A DNA stretch of 64,000 nt from Ophelia neglecta. Lineage: Eukaryota. The DNA lies in the NCBI GenBank assembly GCA_965285935.1, contig OZ260665.1, positions 30,690,001-30,754,000 of the forward strand. The letters run 5' to 3'. Position 1 is the stretch's first letter. Each line of letters starts with the position of its first letter. Of this stretch, positions 36,035-47,600 are shown piece by piece. The notes under the pieces were generated by a model. The model searched no databases and was not told the origin of the DNA. It saw only the letters and a program-made list of their open reading frames with translations. The translations under genes and the position numbers were made by a program.

Positions 36035-39000
36035 TTTTATTCTATTTTATTAAATGCTTTGCTATACAATTCTATGTTATTCTATGACATTCTACTATAT
36101 CTCTGTTTAATGGTATATTAATTTCTACAAGTGTTTTCATAACTTACATTCTGTTACTAAATTACGCCAGTGGATTTGAGTTTTCTAATGTGCCTTTTCT
36201 TTGCACGCCATAATAGTCTTATCATCTGCCTCTTTATTGGATTAAGATTGAACTGGGCTGTGCCATCACCTTCCGGGTGATTAGTGAGACATCTTTGTCT
36301 CAAGCTTTAATCAAGGAGACATAATCAAAATGTCAATATCGGCTGTCCCATCTTTCGTCTTCCTGTCAAAGATGCTAATCGCCTGAAGACCAGATCGATA
36401 AAAGCCAGTAACCGCCATGGACTAGGGCGATATTCGTGAGTCTACATACCAAACCCAAACCAAACTTTAACATTTCCTTGACTAAAACATTACAGGTGAA
36501 ACGCTATTTAACAGTTCAGTGATTTATTTTTCTCCAGCGTGCGACGTGTGTTCTATATAGGCAAATAAAGAAAACAAAACTTTCTAGAGGAGAAATTTGA
36601 CGAACAATTAGGCTAAAAATGCATGTTTCGTCAGTCGTCTGAGTGTTTATTGAATTTCTCCTCGATGCAATGGCAAGGGAGCACGTGTCTCTGACGTCGG
36701 AAGGTGTAAACCGAAACATCCACGCCTAATCGACCCTGTTGTGCGCGAACAACCATTCAGAATTCAACACTCACAAGAGTGACTCCTTCTTTAAAAGCCA
36801 AGTTCCATTCAAGCACCACATTGTCTCGTAAACTATGAATTTCTGCCTAGGAGCTGACAGAAAAAACAACGACAACAAAACAATGAGCGTTCAATAGTAG
36901 GTTTGTCTCCGCGGTGGCAGATTGATCAGACGTTTGGGAACTCAGGGATAGCGTTTTGGAGTAAATAAGTTTTCTCGAATGGGTTTCTGAGATACTTGTG
37001 GGCTGAATTTGCCTTAATTTAGGGTTAAGAACCACATGCATTTTCCCATTTGAATTAGGTTGTACGAATGATGGACTAACTGTGTGATAAGCGATAAAAT
37101 ACGTAAAATTTCATGCTGGCTCCACACGGAAAGCAAATGTCTTAGAAACAAGAAACACATGTTCTCAGCATATCGATTGATATCTGGTAAAGAAACTGTG
37201 ACTTGAAATAAATCCTCATTTCACAAGTTCTTAACATGAAATATTGATTTTTGGTTATAAGAATCTGTGTTATTAAAACATTTCCACCCCTAAGCGAAAA
37301 GATTAGTTTTTTTTAGCAGTGATATCGTTTTTTTGACAGACAAACATAAGAATGCAAACAGTTCGTTTAGTTCTAAAATGCAGTGAATCAATTTTATTTT
37401 GCGCAACACATCTTGCATCCATTGCTATGAGTGAGAATATAGGCTTGTATGAAAAATGTACGAACAGCGGGTTACTTGTACCTGATCACACATCACCAAT
37501 GAGTTATGCCTGTCGTTAGAGAATTGTCTATGCTCCTGACAATTCTTGACAGTTATCTTTATGTTCCTGTTATGTCCTTGTTAGTCAATCTGGCCGAGAG
37601 TCCTCGATCAATGGCCATTCTTCCTCTGGGGTTGATATTTAAAAACTTCATCATCGATAAGTTCAATGGCTGTGATATGCCTCCTACATTTGCGTGGTTC
37701 GGTCGGCCTTGAACAAGAACCTCCTAGCAGCAAATTGAACAGTCTTCTGAAACTGATATATGGCAAATAAATGCACGGTTCAGTCTACAAAAAGTTGGAG
37801 AAAAGACAGGCGTTGATACCCAGGCAGCATCATATCAATTTATGTCTACTGACAACCTGACAGTAGTAGTGATTGTTTTATGAAACTACACGTAATACTA
37901 CGAGCGGAGAAACATATTGTTTGTTAAAGCCAATTGTATAATATGCACATTCTAAAAGGCGTTGTCACCAGTGTGATGTGTTAAATTTGATATCATTAAC
38001 CAACAGATAAAGTGCGCATTACAAGCATTTTACGCTTGGCATTTCCACCGACAGGGTGTAGAGATATGCAAGGCATAATTATGAAGGAACAAATCCACAA
38101 TGTGTTTGGGAAATGGATTTTTGCAAAGGCAACAGTGTGTTTTTCCCCACAGCATGATTAGGCAATCATGAGGAAAAAACAAACAGGCACAATTTATGTA
38201 AAAATCATGGCCAGTAAATCGCACCAAATGTCTGGCAAGTTAAACATATCTGCTCAAAGCGGTGTGCTGATTTATTTATTCAATTTTTTCTTCCTGAAAT
38301 AGGCGGCGCGAGGAAACAAACTATTATGATGTGTAACGCAAATCGAGCAGCAATTCAGCAGCCACCGTGTTTGAGATTTGCCAGGTCTAGTGCCATGCTA
38401 GAAAAAAATCCTTACTCTCACGGGCTGCTTAAATATTTAGTCTTCTCATTGCTCAATACGTATTGTTTGGTAATATTTGACATCTTATATCCAAGTTTTG
38501 TTCAACATTCTGAGTTTTATTGTCCATTAAAACTAGATCTTCCATGCAGTGGGCCCTGCGTTTCCAATAACATAAGCTCCGAAGAAACTACATCAGCCGA
38601 TAGGCGCGAAAGTTCTTTACATTTTTCCTGAAAAGTTATTAATGATCTCTAATGTTTCACTTTGGGCGCCGCGTTTTACTTGAGATTTCCTCATACAATG
38701 AGGGCAATTGTAGATATTTTGATTAGACCACAGTGTTCTCTTTTTGATCATCAGTGGACATTTTTCATTATAGTTCTGGTCGATCGCTCATTTCAGTTTG
38801 GGCAAGAACGTTTTCAATCACCAGATCACATTGACAGAAACTCATGTAGGTTTAAGACTTAATGCAGCCCTGCCATTGTGATTTATTATTGATACAATCT
38901 ATTATTTCAATAAGATTAGTATTGGTTATTTCTTGCATGTCTTCGCCAGTTTTAGTCAGAAAAAAAACTTGCGTGGCATTCAGTTTCAAAATGCAGTTGT

Positions 39001-41140
39001 GTTCGTAAAATCGCTGAGAGACGTGTATAAACCAGATGGCAGGACAAAATTTTACTAGTTTACTCCAAAATAAAACTCCTCCGAACAAATAAGCAATTAG
39101 TGTCGTTTTGGGGAAAAGTTATTCGTTGATGTTTAAGACCAAAATACTGCCGTTTGTTTATAATCTGTCAAAACTAATACCGAATGTGTTGAGTATTTTG
39201 TTGTGAATGGTAATATTCGCTTGTAGCTCGACCTCAGATGGGTGGGTACACGCTATTTGCGTCTTGCCGTTAGTTAAGAGTTCTGATATATGTGTGGATG
39301 GGCTGACAATAAAACTGCTCAGGAAAGGTGTCAGAAATAAGTCAGCATCTCCCACATTGGGATACACACGTTGTCTGCCAGTTGTACTATATCCACGGGC
39401 CCTAAATCACACCACTTAGTCTAAAAAAAACTGCGTGCTTGTCGTTGAGAGAAATAATACACGTCCCTCACCACAAGCTGATTTGTAGACATATTCAATT
39501 TACTCTCTCGATAAACTTAATCAAATGTATTTTTTACCATGCAGTTGCTGGTTCTTTAATAACTCTTAATTTTCATTGAAGGATATAAAAATTCCGAATG
39601 CAGGGGATTTCTTAAAAAGTAGACGTAATAAGTCAGCAAGATGGAAAAATGTGTGCGGAGAAAGACTCGATAAAGTGTGGTACTAAGATCATCCCCATTT
39701 GTGTTTAGGGCGCGGCGCAGTAGCGTCTGCCGGTAGTGGAAGAAAAGTTGATTAAAGTGGTTCAAGGGGCTCGGTGGGCTGTTTGGTTGATTTTTGGCAC
39801 TTCATTACACATCTGGTCGGGCTGAACTGGGCGAAAACGAGGCGAGGGGGTGGCTCATCCAACAGCTACAGGATGTGATTTAAAACACTGATCTTTTGCT
39901 TCATGGCAATCGATAAGCTACTAAATGGTTCCATATACATACATCATAATATAAGTTATATACGTCTGGGACGAACAAGGCTGCATTAGCAGACAAAAGA
40001 GAAAATAAGCAAAAGCGTACCACTTTTTAAATCCGGACTATCGTCGTATATACTGTATTGTGGCAAGACTGCAGGGTTTCTTAGCGTAGGATTTTGGGAA
40101 AGCGTTTGACCGAATCGACCTAGCTTGATATGATTGATTGACAGATAAGGTTTCGAGCGGTGTAATAAAGGGTAGTAGATGAGTCACCAGTGTGTGTGGC
40201 ATTATTTGTAGGGCACGGACAAGTGGTGTGAGATAAGCTGCTGTGTGGCACGTCAGTCGCGAGCAGATGCTATGTAAACTGTGTGCCATAGCTGTGTGTT
40301 TATCATCCATCAATACTGCAATGACGGATTAGGGCGTTTAAGTCATCAACACACGTCCGGCTCCAGCAACAATGCTGTAACTGGGGTCAATAGCTAAAGA
40401 CTAACGCTGCCTGATTTATCGTCTAGATCATTTTCAATAATCTACAGCTATTTGATATAGACATTGACTTAATCGAACTGTTCAAACCTGCTGCCCCTCA
40501 GCACTGTATTTGAGCATCTGTCTGAAATGCTCAGACTTGGCCCTTGAAGCAAATCCCGCAAGGCTGCAAAGAACCGCACCACCTGGTGGCAGTAATTCTC
40601 ACTAAAAATCCATGTGCTGACCTACTAACTCCTTTGCCCTTGCGAATATTTTTCCGTCAGAAAACAAAGGCAGTAAAGAAAGAAGAAACAAGGAAAAGAA
40701 ATTGTAGCATTTGTCTTGGCACCTTCAAAATACCTGTATATATTATATTTTCCAAAGTTTTTTTCTATTTTTTCTTTAAATAATTGATCTTTTAGTTAAC
40801 TTTTCGGGTCTTACGTTTGACTACCTGTTGATGTTGTTTATTCTCGTAATGCCATATTTTACTTATTCTCGATTTGCCATCTTTTATCAGCAAGGTTTTT
40901 TCTTGCTCTGAATAGCCCCCTTCAGTCCCATTAAGGTGACTATCGTGGATTCAAAACACTTTTCTGTCCTCCTGGGGGAGTTTGATTGATAGTGATCGTT
41001 GTTGGGGCTGGGAGCGCCCAGCAGTGCCCGTCACCGGCCAAACCATGCCTTGTCGAGTAGGTGATTGTTTGGTAAGGGCTACACGAGTGCTCAGAGAGCG
41101 GCCAAGTGCTGAACTTCCGTTGATCACGAGAACCAATTGA

Positions 41141-41234
41141 ATGACTTCCGAATCTTTCAAACCGGCGATTAATCTCCTCATCCATACAAACGAGTCAAAT
41201 GTGCGCACCATCCTATTTATCTTAACTGTTCAAG
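41141..41234 (+). CDS. Candidate first coding exon of the nAChR gene (uncertain)
   Basis: ATG at 41141 opens MTSESFKPAINLLIHTNESNVRTILFILTVQ, with phase-1 GT sites after 41234 (gttatc) or 41267 (gtgtta) matching the phase of exon 2. Both donors are weak and the signal peptide is unconvincing. Confidence 0.3.
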
Positions 41235-41506
41235 GTTATCTATTTGGGAGAACAAAACGAATCTCAGGTGTTAGTAGGTAAAGCTACCGGACGTTTCTTT
41301 TACATGGCATTGGTCGCAAACAAATTTGACTGAAATGACATATTCCTTCCACTGTTGATGAATATGAGCCCATTTGTAATACAAGGAAGTTTGAACAACA
41401 TACTATAAAATATGGCATAACAACAAATAAGATACCAATCCCAGGGCTGGAACAGCTTCATATATAGTTTTACTAGTGATAAACATCGATTTTTGTTGTT
41501 TTTCAG

Positions 41507-41652
41507 AAACACTGCAAGGCCCACACGAGAAGCGACTATTGAAGGAACTGCTGCAAAACCGAGGATATAACAAACTTGAGAGGCCCATTGCCAACGAAAG
41601 CGAGGCGCTCACAGTCACGTTTGGACTTGTACTACAACAAATCATCGATGTG
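41507..41652 (+). CDS. CHRNA7: nAChR alpha7-like exon 2
   Basis: tttcag|...|gtaata; (E)[48 protein letters not shown]. Confidence 0.93.
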
Positions 41653-44600
41653 GTAATACACTACTTCACTATACTATGATCTTTTATTACTCTACAGTTT
41701 AAGAAAAAGATCACTTCTTGCAAGACAGTACTTAACAAGAATACATTTACATCTGAACAGCAGAAAATCAAACGTTTTTCAGTGTGAAAAATAAGAAAAG
41801 AAATAGTTGGAGGTTGTTGAAGTTGTAAATGGAGCTCAAAGGAAGATAAGAACGAATGCCATTTTTTCAGGTTTATCAGAGAATAGTTAACAACTGTTTC
41901 TTAGAATAGGCTAATATAAATACAACTATTAATCATAACCATAAACATTAAAAAGCCATGTAGCTAAAATCTCTTCTCCCTTCTTCCCATAATATTAAAG
42001 TTTTCTTGCAGCAAAATAATATCACGAAATGACATGTGCCATATGCGAAAAATAATGAGAAAGAACAAAATCTTTCTGAAGAAAGGACATATCGTATTTT
42101 TATATTTCGTAACAACAACGAAGAGACTATCTATTTGTGAGAAGAGTGAAGCATTGGTGCGAAAGTTTTGTTTTGAGGGCAATGCTTTAATTTTCGAAAT
42201 ATACGAGCCTCTTCAAATAAAAAAGCGCAATTAATATATTGATTTGTAGATCCCTTAAAAGAAAATATATTTTTCAAGCAATTCAAATTTCAGCATCAAT
42301 TAAGAGACGACCGTTAAGGAAGCGAGTGATTTATGGAGCCTTTGTCTAGCTGCCAATGAGTTATGATGTTAACAGTGGCGCCAAATGGGCAATACCAATG
42401 TTTTATGATAATATTTTATCGTCATTGCGCCAAAAACGCAGCAAAGGAGTTTAAACTACCCGGACAGTGGATAGTACACATTGGCCGAGCAGTGCTCCAT
42501 TGGTTACTGGTTTATTGTCCCTTAATCAGGTGACATTCGAGACAATTAGCTACCAGTTAATGGTTCCTTATTTTTTTGGTACACTTTTTTCGCGAAAGCT
42601 TTTTACAAGTTCATAGTTCCTTATTAGTTTGACATTCGAGACATGCCAATCACCAGGTCTCTCAACCAATCAAATTGCCGGATACACCATTGACCTATAA
42701 TACTTACATATTTGGTTTCCATTCTAGATAACTAGTTACCAGTTCTTAGTACACTATTCCTTTGACATCCGTGACAAACTCACTAACAGTTCCGGTTTTA
42801 TTTGTTTATTTACTTTTATTCGTTCTTCTATTCACATTTTGCAAAGCCTATTTACTAGTTCCTGGTTACCTATTCGGTTAACATTCGACATAATCTAGTT
42901 ACCAATTCCTATAAGCTAGTTACCAACTCATGTTTACCTATTCGTTACCTATTCAATATTTGATAATACATTTTCCACATAAAGTTTTTTTGGCTATGTT
43001 TTTGGTTGATATTCTACACACGCTGCCTACCGCTTCTTAGTACCGTATTCAGTAAACATCTTAGACACGCCAGTGACCAGGTCCTAATGCCTTCCTTATT
43101 CGCTATCTATCCAGTTTTCATTTGCGTCAAGTTGGTTACTTGGTACTGGTTCCTCATTCAGCTGACATTTGCGTCAAATTAGTCACTAGCTTTTTATTCA
43201 GTAGAAATTCAAGACCACCTAATTACCAGTTCCGATGTGTATTTTTTTTACCAGTTCCTCGTATATTTGTTACATTCTATTTCACAATTTACAAATCCAT
43301 TAAGAAGATAATCCTGGTTACTTATTCGGTTTATATTCGAGAAAAGCTAGTTACTTAACCAACCTGTTCTAATATATACTTGCTTGAAATTTGGGTCAAG
43401 TTGGTTACGAATTCCTGGTCCCTTATTCGGTTGATGTCGAGGAAAGCTAGTTTCAAAAGCCTTTATCAGCTGTCGGTCGAAACAAGCTACTTACTAGAAC
43501 TCATTTTCTTACTCAGTTGAACTTCAAGACAAATTAGTTAGTAGATTCGAGTAGGGTCTTGGCACAGTTGAGATTCGAGACAACTTAGTTAACATTTCCT
43601 AGACTTTTTTTCGGTGGTCGTTCGAGACAAGTTTGTTTCCATTTCCTTGTTAGCAACCACGAATAGTGACCCGGGTTACAAGGCTTAACTATTTGTCTCG
43701 AAGGAGGTGTCCGATGTACTATTTTACGAGACCGAAGGCCGAGGAAAATACTAATTGAATTAGCATTCTAGACAAGCTAACTACCAGTTCCTAGTTTCTT
43801 GGTCAGTAGTTTCTACTTATATATTTACTAGTTCCTTGTTACCTAAGCTGTGGATATTCTCAAACACTAGTTTCTGGCTCTTATTAACGTTATCGTTTCA
43901 CATCCTAAACACCAAAAATAGTCTTTTATCATAAGGGGCAAATAAATTTCACAGATACTGCAAAATTTTACTGTCTCCTTATTTAGCTATGCAAAGCTTC
44001 AACTACTTTTCATGCCGGAACTAATATTGTATATCATCTGAGGGCTGTTAACAAAATAGGAAAAATTCGGAGCAATAAGCCAGGATTGCTGGTTGGTTTA
44101 AGTTATTTAGGTTTTATGCCAAACCGTTGTTGTATACGTGTAAGGCCTGTTCTCTGTAGGTAGCTTGCCTCGAATGTCAACCGAATTATGAAATAGGAAC
44201 TAGTAGCCAGTTTAACTCGAATGTCCGCCAAATAAGGAACATGCACTAGAATCTAATTTAGACGAATTTCAACGGAATAAATGAAGAATAAGGGGCTGCG
44301 GGCTGGCTACTTGCTTGTGCCAAATGTCAAGAGAATGGCCAGATAAAGTGGTGAATATTTATCCAGGAATTTGAAAAATGACTATTCAGCCTGCAGATTT
44401 CGTATCCATGGGTCAGTAATTTCGACACCAGTGCTGTGTTTCTACCGCTAACTTCAGGCAGAAATGGACCAGCTCTTACAAAGGCCACAAGTCTCGAAAA
44501 ATAAATCCAAATTTGAACATCGGCTGTCACTGGTATATCTCTAAGTTCTTACACGGGTGGATAATTTTCACCAACCTATTGCCTGAAGTATTTGTTACTC

Positions 44601-47600
44601 AAAGAAAGTAAATTATCTATTTATCTAAATGAAGAAGAAAATGTTCTGGCTTTGTGCAGCCTCCCTCCCCTCAGCAAAACTTTTAGTAACATCATGTTCA
44701 TGAGTGAAAGGATACGAATCTCTTATCAAAGGATTCAACGTGTGATGAGAAAGCATTTCTCTTTCTTACATATATGAAACAATATCCTGACGCAACTTTA
44801 AATCGGCATGCATACGTCAGCAAACATGTTAGAGAATTCCCCGATGGAAATAGACCGGTAGTTTGACCGATGTCTTCTAGATGTTGTCCTTACTGGTCTT
44901 TATTTAGAATCCACACTGGTTTGACATCTGACTTACGAAGGACTACAACGCGATACCTTTTCCAACATCCAGTGAAAGCTTACAAAGCTTTAGTAAGCAG
45001 TGCCGATAGATCTTAGATAGTGCATGTTTTACAACCTGCTATGAACTGGTATTAATATGGGCACTTGTGCATTTCCGGTTGCCTGATCATGAAGATCCAC
45101 CCCAGAGGCTATTTAATTGTTGGTTGCAAGGAAAGTAAGATGATTAGAAATAATGTCTTGAATTGGTTTTTGAATCAAGTATTGAGTTGACTAATTTATC
45201 ACACTCTTTTCTTTTCTAGGACGAAAAGAATCAAATTTTAACTTCCAATATATGGTTAAACATGGTAAGTGCACTAGTGTGTCCTCATCATTGAGCGACA
45301 CCTGATATAGGTGTTCAACTAAGTAGGGCGCGCGCTTAATTGAGTCTCGTTTTGTCTCCACAGGACGAAAAGAACCAAATTCTCAGTACAAATCTGTGGT
45401 TAAATTTGGTAAGTCCCCAAAATGATAAAGGAGGATAAAATAAGTTGAAACTTATAAAGGTGCTGTATATACGGTAGCCCATCGTGCGAAATTTGTAAGG
45501 GTAAAGCTCCAACAATTACGCGCGCCTCGTGGACGGCATCATTTTCGTTACACCCCAAGGTGAGTGAATCTATTTTATCTACCAATGTATTGCTTTGTGT
45601 AATACATCAAACGAAAGTTAGGAAATTCGTTGTCAATCCTGTGTACTGGCTTGATTTATCGAAATAGCTATTTGTGAACAATTCTCGAGCAACATCAAGC
45701 GTGGGCGATAGTAGGAGAAATAACACCTTAATTTCCCGTTGATGTCGGCTTGGTGCACTTTTCGAAGCTGAAACTTAGTAGACAGTACCTACTGATAACT
45801 GTTAACATATCCATGGTATCTGCTCAATTTAGAATGATGCGGTTTTTTTATCCTAGCCGTTCAAATAAGTTTCCGATGCGCGTGTATGTAAGGGCACGGC
45901 GCGCCTGTAAGAAAGGGCACTAGCCGAGTAAAGGGAACGTAAAAGTAAGGCAACGCAATTTCTGTGATTGTTGCTGTTCAGTTCCTGGCTCCTGGAAAGT
46001 GGTTCTTTTGCGATCTTTTACGTACAAATGTTCGACCTTTGCCAAAAAGTCACTGATTTAAGGCCATGTTTTCCATAGAATCACAATAAAACTCATTTTC
46101 ATTGATAAATTTATGACTGCTTGTATTTCAGTTTAAAAACTACGTTTTATATATATCTATATACATGTATTTACCTGTAGCTATTGCTAATTCTCTGACT
46201 ATAAACTTATATTTTTATAGGTATGGACCCTTTGCCCGACATGAACAGGGCTTACCATTGTGGCTATAGTCCACATGGGCCAACAACATTCAAAGATCTA
46301 GCTTCACATCTCATTGAGAGTCATGGCACAAAACCCATGAAAATCCGCGAGTTTGGGATTCACCCTAAAACGGGGCAGAGTGTCATGATTTCATAAATCA
46401 TAACTGTAAACGGTTCGAATATTGTGCCTCTGGCACCTGGCTCGAATTATCGATTCCTGAACAAACTTTAATGTTAATACTCTCGAGTATATATAAGTCT
46501 TGTTAATCAATTGTACCAGTAAAATGCTTTCTCGAAATGACCTGTCTTCTTCATATATGCGCATTCAACATCTATAATGTGAACACAATATGCGTTTTTA
46601 CGAAGGGAAGTACACTGCACCTGTCAGTGATGGTGGTCTGTGATTTGATAATACATTTTAAAAGCTTGTACCTAATGATTCTAAATATATTTTTAAGCAC
46701 CATTTAATAAGGCATATTAGCCTTCATCATATCACATCAATCAGTAAATAACTCAATTAAGGTAAAAAAAACGGAGTCAATGATCAAAAATATGTCTCGA
46801 AGAACGTGGTATGCTGTATACCAGACATCCTTGGTTTGATTAATCACCAATAAGACAAAAGTATAAGGCTTAAACTTCTACTAGAGTAGCTATCGAACAA
46901 TAAAATACAGATGAAGTTGTGAATTAAAAAGTTTAAAGTCAACATAAACGAGAAACGCAACTTGCAATATAGACAATTCTGCCGTTGTAAACTTAAAACT
47001 TGATCATAGGGCCTCTGGTTTCCGATTCCTTGCAGGCACGCTTTTTAGTGCACAGCAGCCATAACAATTAGGGTAACATTTTATGTATATATGCGTCTAT
47101 GAATATATCTATAAATATATATGACTCTCGTTCCTAGTAATGACACTTAAATACATTCCATTGTTATGTGTGCTTTTTTTTTATGTTTTTTGAGACCTTG
47201 TGGCCAGTTGAACACTTCGTGACAATCCTCAAATGGGCAGCGAAACTGTTTGAGGCTGTGTTTACCAATGTCATGCTTCCGTGGATATTCCTTGGAACTG
47301 AACTTTTTCCCACATTTGGAACAAGGATGAATTTCTTTGTTTGGATTTTTGTGGCAAATCTTCCGATGATTACACACAGATGACCTCGTTGCAAACTTTT
47401 TATTGCAAAATTGGCATGAGTGCATGAGTATTTCATGGTGAGCATTGGTATGGTCCGTTAGTTGGCACTGGAACGCAAACGTTTTATCACATAGTTTACA
47501 CCTCAAACCCGCAGATGAATGTACAGTGTCCATATGGGCTTGTAAACCCTGTTTGCTAGCATACCCTTTCCCACAGGAACTGCAGAGGTAACTTCTTGAA

